Source: a virus. Taken from it: a stretch of DNA of 64,000 bases. Below, piece by piece: positions 31,101-38,758 of the stretch; positions within the stretch are counted from its first letter, which is position 1, and every line of letters starts with the position of its first letter. The stretch spans positions 13,885 through 77,884 of the IMG/VR virus record IMGVR_UViG_3300049491_000465, one strand, 5' to 3'. The position numbers were made by a program, and so were the translations under genes. The notes under the pieces were generated by a model, which worked only from the letters and a program-made list of their open reading frames with translations, was not told the DNA's origin and did no database searches.

Positions 31101-34100
31101 AGATGGAATGGTGTTCGTATGTCTCAGGCTCCAGGATTTATGTTTCCTATTTACATGGATGTTGATGGTAATCCATACATGGAGAATGAATACAAAAAAT
31201 ACTTTGGAGAACCGGGTCCTGAATCAATGTCAAGATCACTTCAACCAATGAAGTTCTATAAGGATGAGAAGTTCATAAATGAAATAACAAGTCAGGAAGA
31301 ATTCGCTTCACTAATGGAGACCGGAGAGGTCTTTGTTAAACCAGGAGATGTTATTGTTCCATTTAGTTATTTCGAGAAATTTGGATTGAAAGAATACATT
31401 GATGCTGATCCTTCTTTCAGTTTGAATGATGTATTTATGGTTCAGCTTGAAGATGGTAATCTTGCTAATGTAAGATCCATGAACGAAGATGAAACATCAA
31501 TTCTAATTGATCGTGCTTTTGATTCTGCTAAAGACAAAAAAGAAGAAGGACTTGATCAAGATGCTATTACTTTCCTTCAAAAGAAATTCAGTTCAGCCAG
31601 TGCAGCGAAAGCATTCATAAAAGAATTCAGAGAGGCATTACAGGTTATACCGGATCGTATCCCAACATCATCTACTTCTTTTGGGTGGATAGGTGAGATT
31701 ACCGGTTGGATAAATGACAATGGAAACACTGTTTTCACATCAGCTCAAAAGAATATCCTTGATGGTGGTGACTACGATATTGACCAATTGAATATCTACT
31801 TCAAGTTCCTTGATTCAAATGGTAAAATTGTAAAAGGAGACTCAAAACAAGGTAAGATCAATCAAATGTTTGATTTAATTACTGAGTACTACAACGATCC
31901 TAAAAACGCTGAGATATTCATGAAGCGTTTGAGTATGGAAAAACTTGAAAGCCAGGTTGAAGAGATAAAAAGAACTCAAACTAAATTCAAAGGACATCAT
32001 AATGACTTTGGTACAAACATTTACTATTACGATAACATCAAGCAAGGAGATTCATTAATTGGTATTTTCGCTAACATCGTAAAAACATTCTCGTATTTAT
32101 CTCATGTTTCAACAAAAGCAGATGGTCTGTCTTCTAAAGTTGAAATCAATTCTAATTCATTGAACTCATCAGGTGAATACATCTCAAATGTTCTTGAGAG
32201 ATTCTTGAATGCTGCAATGGATAATGTGAAAGAGTCTATACTTGGATACCTTGGGGCCACAGAAGATGCAGGAAATCTTATTGGTGCTGCTGCAATCAAA
32301 GGGATGGATGAGATTGAAATTGCAAACTTGTTGAAAAACGATGTTGTTGTTGATGTCTTCAGAAAGATGAAAAACAGCAAGCGTGTAACAAGTGCAAAAA
32401 AATCAAACATACTTGATGTTATTGATTCTAAAATTGAAGACATAACAAAAAGAAATTCTATTGATTTAAGAGAAGATCTCGAAAAGCAACTCAAAGAATT
32501 AAAAGGTAAGATTGGTGCTCCAAGTGAGGATGAAGGAATTGATGATGCCTATGTTGCTGAATTCGATAGACTTCAGGAAATGATTAATGACGCTGATAAT
32601 TTTGAGGTTGTAAAACAAGACCAGCTTGACGTTCTTTATCGATTAAAAGATCTCGCTTATTTTGGTGAATCAATCTCAAGACTAAATTCAATCATTCGAA
32701 TTGATAGTGTAGGAGCTCCTGTATTTGATTATCACATTGAGAAACAAATCAGAGATGTAGAATACAATCTTGGAATGCCTTTAGATGATTTCCTTGCCGG
32801 AAAAACCGGATCAAGTGATTGGTATAAATCAAGAAAAACATACTTAACTTTTGATGATTCACAAAAACTTGAAGAGAGAGAACCGGCAATAAGAAGCTAC
32901 CTTGATCTACAAAAAATAACAAAAGAGTTACCTCACATCATGGCTTATCTTGAAGCTTTGAATGAGGGTCGTAACAATATGAAAAATACATTCATCAGAA
33001 ATAGTAAGTTGATTCAGGATTTATCTGACAGCTTCCTTGGTAAGATGAAAATGGATTGGTTCAGATCTGAGAGATCTTATTATTCATTCCATAATGAAGT
33101 TGATAATTTCTTTATCGCTACATTCTTTGGAACTCATTTCAAAGGAAAGATGTTCCAGTCTCAATTTGGATTAACAAAAGGATCCGAGAGTGTAAACATT
33201 TCAACGAGAGAGGGTCGTTATCAATTTGGAATTGAATTCCCTACTTCTGTAATTGAAGAGGCGGATAGAATAAGAAGAAAACCAAAAGAAGAGCTTACAC
33301 CAAGAGAATTAGATCTTGTTGAAAACACTTTCTTGAATTCATTAACTGTAAACTCAACTCCAAGTGGAGACTTTCTGGAGTTCAAGAACAGTTGGAAATT
33401 AACTGAGGATGATTTCCGTGATCTTCGTGCTTCATTTAAGAAGTTACCTGCTGCTTGGAAAGAGAAGTTCTATGTTTATCAATTAGCAAAGGATGGGTTC
33501 AACTTTACAAAAGGAGGTCTTTATGAGGCTATGGACAATGAATTGTTCAGAATGTATTCTACGTTCCTGGATAAAGTAAAAGGAGCTGTTGACACATACG
33601 GAACCGACAAGGAAACTCCATTTGATTTCATTGACTCCAATGGTGTTCTTGTTCAGAAAACTCTTTCTGAGATATTTGATTCCAATTTCCTTGAAGATGT
33701 TGGTGCTATGTCTGATGAGATGAATCTACTTCCTTTTGAACCAAGAGAAGGTGGTTTTGAACCTCATCTACAACCCGATCAACATAAGGTCCGTGAAAAG
33801 AATGGAAGCTTTACTGTTTCAAAGGTTAAGAAGAAAGGTCTTGATTCTACGTTCCAACCATCTTCTAAGAAGACCTTTAATGGATATGATCCTTTGAATT
33901 CTGTTCTTACTACAATGGATGTTATCCGTAAGATATCAAAGGATACTTACAAGAAATTGAAAAGTGGAGCTGAAGCAACGATCAGGTTTAATGGAAAGGT
34001 TCAATACAAATTGAAAGACGCTTACATTCCGGATGGAACTCTTGTTAGAATAAAAAGTGCTACTTCAAATTCAATAACTGTTCTTCCTATTGTAAGTACA

Positions 34101-37100
34101 AATCCAATGAATGTTTACCAATCAAAAACTGGTAAGGAGGATTTGTTGAATTCAATTGTTGAAAACTCTAAAAATGATTTGAATTCTAAATTGGCAAAAT
34201 CAATTTTGGAAATGACTGATCCTAAATTCTTACAAAGAGGTTTGGTTAATTTCACCAATGAAGATGCTGATGCTACATTCAATGATCAAAGAGAGAAAGG
34301 AAATAAAACTCCTGGATACTGGGATCAGGCAAGCCGCACAATAGGTATGAATATGTCTCAAATCAGAGATATAAACAAACTTGAACATGTGTTCCTTCAT
34401 GAGATGATCCATGACATTACATTTAATGCAATGGAAATCACAGATCAGGAAGCTGATTCTTTAGGTGAAAAAGGTCAACGAATCAAAGAATTCAAGGAAA
34501 ACATCGAGAAGATCTACCAGAAAGCTAAGTTGGCTTATACTGACAGCGGTGAGAAACACTACGGAATGAAAGATGCTACGGAATTCCTTTCTGAGGCTAT
34601 CTCAAACCCTGAATTCCAAAGATTCTTGTCTAATCAAGAGATTGAAGAATCTGTTGGAACAAGTTTTATCGACAAGGTAAAAGATCTTTACAGAGCTGTT
34701 ATTGGATCAATAAGAAACTTACTTGGTATATCTGAGAAAGATGCTCCATACACCATGCTTGATCAGGTTGTTGGTCTTGTTATTCGTCATGCTAAAGCTG
34801 GTGATTACGATTTCAAAACTTCATCAAATACATCTGAAGGAAAGGTATTCTTCTCTGAAGATTCTAAACCGGAAACCGAAGTGAATGAAACGAAAGACAT
34901 TATCAATAGTCTTCAACCGGACGGATTCTCTAAGACTTATACTCAATATCAAGAAGAGCAGTTAGTTACTGACATCTACAATAGTATCGATCCAAAAACC
35001 GGTATCTACTACTACAATGGTGATAAGTTCTACTTCAAGAGTAAGGAAGGTGAAATGATGGATGAGCTTTCAGCTAAGAATAAGATCAAAAATGAAGTTG
35101 TTCCAAAATTCACTGAGTTCGAAACCAACTATAAGAATAGTGTTATTGGATGGTTGAACAATGGTGCTCAAGTTGACGGTTCATTGCCAGCTACATTCTT
35201 CCCTAAGAAAGGTGGCACTTCACGTTACAGCCAGGGAACTCTTGGTGAGATGAGAAGACTTATCGATCATGATGTTAACGATTTCTATGTTCGATATAGT
35301 GAATTGAAAAACAATGAGGAATTCAAGGATATACCTTACATAGCTGAGTTTGAAGGATTTGATCCTATTGTTTCGATTCACAAATCAATCGACGGATCAA
35401 ACATGTCAATCTCTATTTTCGATGCAACATCGTTGAGGCTGAACAAAAAAGGTATCCTTGAAGGCAATATCTTCAAGAAGCATATTGCTGATGATTACGA
35501 AGCCAGAAACAAAGGTGTTACCCTTGGTAATAACGAAGGTGATGTTCGTAGATTACTTCTTGGTCTTCAGGTAATGGCTATGAAAAAAGCTAATCCAGAT
35601 CTTAAAATCAAACACGTTGGAGTTCTTGGTGTAAGTAATAAATCAATTGATTCTACATGGGTATTCATGGAAGATTTCGTATCCAATGTAAAGGCTATGA
35701 ATGGAATTGAGGCAATCATGAAAACCCTTCCAGAGTCAATCAAGGATATTGTAAGTGATGATTCATTGCACAAACAGGATTATGATCAGCCATGGATATT
35801 TATGCTTCGTAGAAAGTTCCAGCAACGAGTACAAGATCTTGATGGAATTGAAAACCAAGAATTCAATATCAAGAAAATCAATGATTCAGTGAGTCAAATT
35901 GATGCTTATTTGAATGGTCAAGGAAGTAAAGATGAGGTTCTTAATATGATGATTCATCGAATGGAAGAGATCCAGAATACTTATCACAAAGACGAAGAAT
36001 TATTGAATGATAAAGAATACATCTACCTGTCGAATACTATTCGAGAGATGTCTGCTGTTGCTTCATTTGATAAAAATGGAACCAAGGATCTTGATACTAT
36101 AAAATCATTCTTAACTCCAACTCCAGATATCAGTCATGATATTGTCAACTGGGCACAAGAACAGATATTCAAATCAATGAGAATTGTTCAGGATAAAGTT
36201 CGTGATTTCCAGAATGATAAGTTCGTTCCTATTTTAAAAGACTTCAACAATAGATACTTCAAGAAATATCCGGAACAAAGAGCTATGGATTATTTACAGG
36301 ATCTTTCCGGTAAAAAGTTTATGCCTTTATTCAAAACCAGAAAGGTTAAAGATCAATCTGGAAATGATATCGAAGTTAACTCAATGGAGATTCATTGGGA
36401 CATGAATGATGCCGAAACAAAAGAAGCAATCAGAACAAATAAAATATCTACTAAAGATGTTGAGTTTGGTAAGTTCATTGTTGATACTCTTGAAGAGCAA
36501 ATGATCGAGAATATTCTCCACTCTAAACGTCATGATAAAGGTTTCAAAAAAGAAGATGCCAAGAAAGATCTTGATCGTAAATGGAGAAGAGGAATGATTC
36601 CAGTGATGAGTTCTTCTGTCAATGAAATGTTAATGAAGAAGGATGCTAAAAGTGCCAAGGCTGCTTATGATAAATTCTTCAGACAATTGACTAATCTTGA
36701 CGATATCTACGATGAGGTTGACAAGCAAAAATTAAAAGATACCAAACGTCAAAAGATCCTCAAAGAAATGACTGATTTCTTCATGAATCAAATTGGTCTT
36801 GACTCTGATATTTATGGTTCTGATGCCAGAATGAAAATGATGGGATTAAGAAATGACATTACCGGTCCTATCTTGATGGATTCAAACACTAATGAGAACT
36901 TGAGCACAAACCTTGAGTTGATCACGATGTATATGGTGTCATCAAGTGAGCGTAAACGAGTATTTGACAAGAAGGTTCTTCCTTACGTTAATGCTGCACA
37001 AACAATGCTTCATAACCCTCAATTATCAGGTCTTGATGGTGATCAGCAGGTAACTAAATCTTATTTCCAGAATTATATCAATTCAGTATTGAAAGGAATG

Positions 37101-38381
37101 CCTGAGACTACTGATTCTAAGATTCTTGGAGTTAATGTTGATGCTGCTATTTCTTCTGTTGTTCAACTTGCTTCATTCAATGGTCTTGCATTAAATGTTC
37201 CGGTAGCAGCTTCGTCTGCATTAATGAATGCCGGTCAATTAATGAACAGTGCAATAGCAAATGATATGGCTACAAATGGTCTTTACGGAAAGGCTGAAGC
37301 TATGAAGGCTATTAAAATGTTCGGAACTGTTGAGGGTAGAAAGTTCATTGAATCAATTATGGATATGTACAAGGTTGCTGATCGTACAGAAAGAGACATG
37401 ATGCATAATCCAAGAATGAAAGTGACAAACAAGAATATCTTCACTTCCCATCATGCTTACTGGATGAACTGGTACACGGATTATAATGTTCGTGGTATTG
37501 TGGCTGCTGCTCAAATGATTAAAGACGGTTCTATCGCTGCTTATACTTTAAATAAAAAGACAGGCAAACTTGAGTATGATGAATCAAAAGACCCTAACTT
37601 TAAGGGAGAAACTGGTGAACATTTCAAAAACCACATCAAACAAAGGTTAATCGAAGAGGGTGTTATGAATTCCATGGACGAAAAAATGCCAAGAGGATAC
37701 GATCACAAGATGGCTTCTCAATTGAAGCATCTTGCTGACAAACATGTTGTTGGTAACTTGGATGATGCAACAAAAGGTCGATTTGGCCGTACTGTTGCAG
37801 CTAAACCATTCATGCAGTTCATCTCCTGGCTACCTACTAAAATGGTGAATTATTTTGGTAGCACTAAAGCCTCTGCTGTTGGTGGGAAATATGTCACCAA
37901 CAAGAATGAGCATGGTGAGGCTGAAACTGTATGGGAACAAACTGTTCAAGAAGGCATCTTTACTACTTTGAAAAACATCCATAGTGAGTTAAGAGAGAAT
38001 AAATACAAATCAATGCGTTCTTGGAGTGAAATGAAACCTCATGAAAGATACAATGTCACAAAACTTGGTATCGATTTGATTTCATTCACTGTACTTTACG
38101 GATTGTATGCTGGGCTTACCGGTGACTGGGATGATGAAGAAGGTGATCAAGCAATGGTAGAGGATTCAAGATTAATGAAAGTATTCAAGTATTCAGCAAT
38201 GGATTATCTTGCTTTCAATCCATTGAAGATTACAGAGAGTTTATTAACTGTTCCAGTACTTGAACAAGCAGAAAGATTATCAGGAATTTTCATTGGAGAT
38301 TTTAGTGGAGTAGAAAGATCACTACCTTTGAGTTCAACAGTAAGATCTTTCTCTGAAGTTTTAAGTGACGAAGAAAAATAA
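19137..38381 (+). CDS. Giant virion RNA polymerase polyprotein (SF1 helicase + PD-(D/E)xK nuclease + two-barrel RNAP + zincin)
   Basis: Catalytic GGDYDID at 31764-31784 with upstream RIP and downstream DNVKE; GFAGTGKT 23508-23531, IIIDEAS, GDQSQ, TAISRAK; GTID...DIKT...QLATY; HEMIH 34398-34412. Confidence 0.85.
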   Translation: MAEDQLSNEAQDLELPQDPIQETSVPESSIPEADPPVKKSYSVPKEHVDFYGLTSIYGNSDADVFEMQKTKPQKILSMMPKEEAFKHYSEEAKRMGLDWTPEKFEQDYSFREKQYANYKKGVFDHGTGFDHTFNRSWSNLFADMISPYEFNPSSAWVKVNPLDTQFIHEDGELKRVKTKDESMYDLGFVLTDIQGDKVKNVYGDYVKNERKYKEIEIGGRKMRVLDLEAHKDDFFNTSRNNPGPEGNTVLVASELPDGTPAWKEETIGKISGKVHSDEVASVYGPRSMRQSWHENLWMASLPNAAASIQTSIVGFADYIKDAFGYGNVYLKNMTGGIGSTESISALYQAGTPDWLDKADKEYRDHAAWMKPKAPENVRGAGAFDSAQSFAWSGGAVAGELIKMIAARNFSSWAGKTVGMTQMGAAKLGGYMGSGTMAISAADQFKQSMIDNGISEDNQFLLYGPALVSSFFVERLGGNILDDGLKSFYAKQNVKKYVDEGIQEQVKLFGLKSASEMSKEQVRSTGKVVWNKIFDASKSMGALGVKAAGVAEKYAPISIKAAWEEGMEEAVEGRIYTALETIHDMHQAHDARMGKDLDRYTYSSSPDEKNFYEVDRLTGIKRKISSETYEKMSSAQKIKPGNGMFGEYNPELGLISNWTNRATEGLVEDFVLGAFAGGLMTGAGKLTNGKDAQKEKTLQDYVVRGNGDIMRSKFAEMHEKGLFGPTDINTQDKVHNPQDENSLSLNDMGYQTALKELEEAELTFKLTGLEGDALKEMMESEYGHSLLKEAYNNVGKQRDLQSEIDDINKEMSETTDPQLIKNLQEKITDKTRLKEDLNIQLGEIRSGDRMIQSVSDYAIKDWSSQNNTGIIDPNGNKVTPGIAELKNVSDRYDSKKAAEIEKINEAKSKRVQLENEVGSFSKSKIDPLSAESNVFEKISDIQIKASEVGLSESGTKSMMDKLQGIRKDILRGIDQFFTAEQITEAETSPDEEALMTMAKSGIAGSDAEKIAKTYDDLDRSIKSFNVDKKPEIKKDDFVQWTQSGQSQFDQPRKVTKISDDGEFGFVEGSDTGIPISQLHDPNYTGGRVRGSIPESFDESTFKRNFYDTYIDTQGNEVSINQTMSDLASRKMNSEDEKTIELLNQAISNNDYLANVNHNVLKDLSSSKDINLGKYKPSDESILNDDEYKAVINDLADKKNRLRDLSEVQKKDANNKKNREGKLRYNDYKMRNDILVLASNVEHISLDSRNEIARLKAQISEALDLIKDSYSSEKQYKREYLDQVDPLLVKAETILHYEFNGDNRIEIIEGITAQFKQYKGYGPYKSQIYHNASEFVMHDFENVFDYSSFSEQVVNNGKSKGAAFMANIQFANTYFTNHLQTIDRLDPKRFFDFYANSVAGLDLESGQVPSYEQIKSIYHTTAFMSNQKTDLLWKVQDILTGAKNEKSKEMHFNRALFLRGFAGTGKTSLVIKYASNIFSDMNQRDLVIDVVAPSTELQKSLSSNLVSFRSNSTNPSMDYYSLVDHILNPKSTIDKTDLIIIDEASNLSKSQLKDLRTALSKSRASKRLSVIFLGDQSQMTSVNSTVNELVAVERIMERTMPTTEVFRSGAADISNLQNSFRSSTFQRKEAILPKGTYDKEKNNGLHYFGGTKKEMYDQFISDLNDGGDFKKNNTALIVYKKSDREAAMNYVRKALKDGSFDLDSKIKTIEEGEFSAQGLGYGRIYVAIDQADAAHLYNPAMLTAISRAKRIDDEHNGFASVLSTRGFSQEGSPLIVETKTASAEDIERHKSWVSSIIGMPVESSDKAQKEASSTISDVTSANFNSLKSNLSSILGKGKIEFTEGGFIADGLRFRYKIKNKPVQSVTQKLSSATSQSETDRTLDPHAKRGNAVHRIVEAHLLKQQKKGGKLFTKQDIDAIKGYVKSYNDQVAKWNELAKPESRLQTIDLNNDEATFETNKFIQDVISNVAIPIANKLNQGGKYSIPESVIGIYYNDIAGTIDIIDHVGMDGDIPVVDILDIKTLTPSAYKFFGDGNVESKLKLPIITSPTGETYAASGLNKALSQLATYKAMLENGDTETGFKPMKVRNVTIIKSSLTGANEVSSIVNDDFVTYDTESSDFKKFKDYGDMTVSNGVILQNKNTRNYDPSDEALGSLITTPEGSSVEVTGSFKDVDGNQSYELNNDINNPVSSDKFSELELNNISKEISEDPTMMNSERVYKRSAVSHSNGNTFSFSTASTSVDNGKPGYANDHFKFKSEFMKVIAPKMNFGSPNAPKVNMVFHPELQLLNDKGELQMFKNVVASYISEDSISDIVKAAKTLPWATGMTDAQIMKEIKDRNYLLLSTLPHPDSNFGKTERDIDYTDQAQVQKLIERIKNGFTTDGVADKFKPQLVQYHTDLVSYRSLGAKNPGEVFATVKLKGLSNPSVIYDGKQRSMDSLLTGLSAKGFKIGKPYFGSKLYQKVDANGKVSNIASWAVDVWRVSPSVDSSRIILRTGEFDDNHYSELKKNISDLRSNKALTHGEINQSLAMGFILQNRSFLIDPTTGKLTEEIPGLSNFIKVDGHTIDLNVDGKKTIPALIDSLSKAIDLLNGSRKSNNKVAKNLRQSVPFVIGDNNMRVIPSGMESKLFTSASDVHSFGIELGMSVVKTESETGVYGGMTSPSKSDEDLLKNMGIIDPNPNKGGIAFMEDIEEEPGIPLSGHESSSDPDSTPVNEKDRTFYDFATRYFGDIRIMNEIKKDVSRILIQNSNYNRDLNTPTMSNTDMLAKAWDHYSRLSALIAKDYSSIDVKSGNNHYTNLSEISGDTAHLLYEDKSAFSRYFNYAVGSDQELFFAIVDRALPNLNIKKMNKLDIGEALALRMNSFLDRDAEGVTEEEKDIMSANENSQTSVMDSINSRAFTDTLSGFVHLMKNHVKLKEYSIDPKTGDLVGSETGGYINPKTIEKSLVDSAQTSSPLKGDLMEQWVNNFLEIANRSGVGSPTYNHLMSFHDDFFGDQMSHKYLRDNAIRTGGESSLIEIKTGANPEIIKAKAKASSDLLSALYSHMVSVSSKKYIKMNLNSSGDKISRKIKTQSLAVGVQVVQDIKSRMNNALFSMSENGIEINPKVSELITEGQNQRYRINSSGVFDLAGGKATKLIGFTTQNGKIVDFVIPDGIASQDIKDLLNIINLKGDVVYTTTIKTYMGNESDSNPDPEKRRDRSKIAEIVGMFMLTTKNAVNPSPSETSLLDAYYKENGYTKDSLDDLNDDGTVDMEKTGTDIYKPTDLYRLIENLAKVQSEIGLNNHADFFYNVNGDKVYKHTNGNTFLRLFSNADVGDKLPTSNIKEYYKEFVLSDQNIENIIYNPNVARANDGKIKVLNTLMDPNSDHHIMDAYVVDGTEGNFKSVQQGKSMTDMDYVDFSINGMFVDDILSGKKIQNIRLPYHQISNKSAYVAEHNFGSNKFTHTENGIIADRAWINENISKIFFYHNSARRVSYLRWRNALVSMGFNVDRTTFEGWMTDPQSFKNTLSMASQSLGKVNKGASFNDFITGSTELVENRDYKIGRDGSVLPGNAPMMTIDSVYNWKNFNKLKEASAGVSGLTVDELIDSLFYKRHIDTASHFSRNGFKLDQRLNNNNWLLKQSDKKNAKGFSIWKVNPTLESYLYAWHIADHNLSQLTMGDASQYKDISDVIKRSSGPFAQSWRPDTSSPNGIGKFSNAVIIEDIQGETYEQLETIFGQPGNHVETDGLGIINPISLTIMKNSYGGEELGVIGKGMLKPVYFKPDMNTNDAVYFKYALLPLTQQVLENSSIARETFRKMVTPEMFEMWQSGKTFDEIADYVVENGLQQDMLMQAVFKSGNKTGNRGVQKFDSPEWTTSVEVDNDFFGIQLNPSQDVESTENMAGPSQLNATLGIGSQNTERVSALNELKAGIAVDALAKMKGDFSTDGNFDPKKFEDYLRKIGQKSSEKTGEITKFAEMLYDDKVDLNIPTQRTKLIQMYMNRITSDVISPRWNGVRMSQAPGFMFPIYMDVDGNPYMENEYKKYFGEPGPESMSRSLQPMKFYKDEKFINEITSQEEFASLMETGEVFVKPGDVIVPFSYFEKFGLKEYIDADPSFSLNDVFMVQLEDGNLANVRSMNEDETSILIDRAFDSAKDKKEEGLDQDAITFLQKKFSSASAAKAFIKEFREALQVIPDRIPTSSTSFGWIGEITGWINDNGNTVFTSAQKNILDGGDYDIDQLNIYFKFLDSNGKIVKGDSKQGKINQMFDLITEYYNDPKNAEIFMKRLSMEKLESQVEEIKRTQTKFKGHHNDFGTNIYYYDNIKQGDSLIGIFANIVKTFSYLSHVSTKADGLSSKVEINSNSLNSSGEYISNVLERFLNAAMDNVKESILGYLGATEDAGNLIGAAAIKGMDEIEIANLLKNDVVVDVFRKMKNSKRVTSAKKSNILDVIDSKIEDITKRNSIDLREDLEKQLKELKGKIGAPSEDEGIDDAYVAEFDRLQEMINDADNFEVVKQDQLDVLYRLKDLAYFGESISRLNSIIRIDSVGAPVFDYHIEKQIRDVEYNLGMPLDDFLAGKTGSSDWYKSRKTYLTFDDSQKLEEREPAIRSYLDLQKITKELPHIMAYLEALNEGRNNMKNTFIRNSKLIQDLSDSFLGKMKMDWFRSERSYYSFHNEVDNFFIATFFGTHFKGKMFQSQFGLTKGSESVNISTREGRYQFGIEFPTSVIEEADRIRRKPKEELTPRELDLVENTFLNSLTVNSTPSGDFLEFKNSWKLTEDDFRDLRASFKKLPAAWKEKFYVYQLAKDGFNFTKGGLYEAMDNELFRMYSTFLDKVKGAVDTYGTDKETPFDFIDSNGVLVQKTLSEIFDSNFLEDVGAMSDEMNLLPFEPREGGFEPHLQPDQHKVREKNGSFTVSKVKKKGLDSTFQPSSKKTFNGYDPLNSVLTTMDVIRKISKDTYKKLKSGAEATIRFNGKVQYKLKDAYIPDGTLVRIKSATSNSITVLPIVSTNPMNVYQSKTGKEDLLNSIVENSKNDLNSKLAKSILEMTDPKFLQRGLVNFTNEDADATFNDQREKGNKTPGYWDQASRTIGMNMSQIRDINKLEHVFLHEMIHDITFNAMEITDQEADSLGEKGQRIKEFKENIEKIYQKAKLAYTDSGEKHYGMKDATEFLSEAISNPEFQRFLSNQEIEESVGTSFIDKVKDLYRAVIGSIRNLLGISEKDAPYTMLDQVVGLVIRHAKAGDYDFKTSSNTSEGKVFFSEDSKPETEVNETKDIINSLQPDGFSKTYTQYQEEQLVTDIYNSIDPKTGIYYYNGDKFYFKSKEGEMMDELSAKNKIKNEVVPKFTEFETNYKNSVIGWLNNGAQVDGSLPATFFPKKGGTSRYSQGTLGEMRRLIDHDVNDFYVRYSELKNNEEFKDIPYIAEFEGFDPIVSIHKSIDGSNMSISIFDATSLRLNKKGILEGNIFKKHIADDYEARNKGVTLGNNEGDVRRLLLGLQVMAMKKANPDLKIKHVGVLGVSNKSIDSTWVFMEDFVSNVKAMNGIEAIMKTLPESIKDIVSDDSLHKQDYDQPWIFMLRRKFQQRVQDLDGIENQEFNIKKINDSVSQIDAYLNGQGSKDEVLNMMIHRMEEIQNTYHKDEELLNDKEYIYLSNTIREMSAVASFDKNGTKDLDTIKSFLTPTPDISHDIVNWAQEQIFKSMRIVQDKVRDFQNDKFVPILKDFNNRYFKKYPEQRAMDYLQDLSGKKFMPLFKTRKVKDQSGNDIEVNSMEIHWDMNDAETKEAIRTNKISTKDVEFGKFIVDTLEEQMIENILHSKRHDKGFKKEDAKKDLDRKWRRGMIPVMSSSVNEMLMKKDAKSAKAAYDKFFRQLTNLDDIYDEVDKQKLKDTKRQKILKEMTDFFMNQIGLDSDIYGSDARMKMMGLRNDITGPILMDSNTNENLSTNLELITMYMVSSSERKRVFDKKVLPYVNAAQTMLHNPQLSGLDGDQQVTKSYFQNYINSVLKGMPETTDSKILGVNVDAAISSVVQLASFNGLALNVPVAASSALMNAGQLMNSAIANDMATNGLYGKAEAMKAIKMFGTVEGRKFIESIMDMYKVADRTERDMMHNPRMKVTNKNIFTSHHAYWMNWYTDYNVRGIVAAAQMIKDGSIAAYTLNKKTGKLEYDESKDPNFKGETGEHFKNHIKQRLIEEGVMNSMDEKMPRGYDHKMASQLKHLADKHVVGNLDDATKGRFGRTVAAKPFMQFISWLPTKMVNYFGSTKASAVGGKYVTNKNEHGEAETVWEQTVQEGIFTTLKNIHSELRENKYKSMRSWSEMKPHERYNVTKLGIDLISFTVLYGLYAGLTGDWDDEEGDQAMVEDSRLMKVFKYSAMDYLAFNPLKITESLLTVPVLEQAERLSGIFIGDFSGVERSLPLSSTVRSFSEVLSDEEK

Positions 38382-38387
38382 TAAGAT

Positions 38388-38744
38388 ATGAACTATTACG
38401 AATTACGAGATTGTTCTAATATTCTGCCCGACATCTGGACGGATGCTGATTTGAGTGATATTAACTTGAATCAGCTCCTCCAGACTGTCGAATATCCTGG
38501 TGTATGCTGGGAGATTATACAGATTGTCGATTTAGATCCTCAAATGGATCCTATACCGCCATTGACGGTAATAACTCCAGTTGGACCTGTATTCAATACT
38601 TGCATCGATTGTACAAGCAATATTATTCAAGGTTGTACAGATCCAAGAGCTTGTAATTTCAATCCTTGTGCAACTATTGATAATGGTAGCTGCACCTACA
38701 ATGATATTACAATAAGGATTCTGTGTAATGATGATAACAACTAA
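38388..38744 (+). CDS. Small Cys-rich protein with GCTD-x-x-ACNFNPxATxDNGSCxY motif
   Basis: 9 Cys in 118 aa; the motif resembles a repeat seen in Bacteroidota surface proteins. Confidence 0.6.
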   Translation: MNYYELRDCSNILPDIWTDADLSDINLNQLLQTVEYPGVCWEIIQIVDLDPQMDPIPPLTVITPVGPVFNTCIDCTSNIIQGCTDPRACNFNPCATIDNGSCTYNDITIRILCNDDNN

Positions 38745-38758
38745 AAATTAAAACGATT

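Noticed and set aside
19137-38381. Inteins or introns in the RNAP gene (common in some crAss-like phages)
   Set aside because: No LAGLIDADG or clear intein splice-junction motifs and no reading-frame interruption noticed by eye
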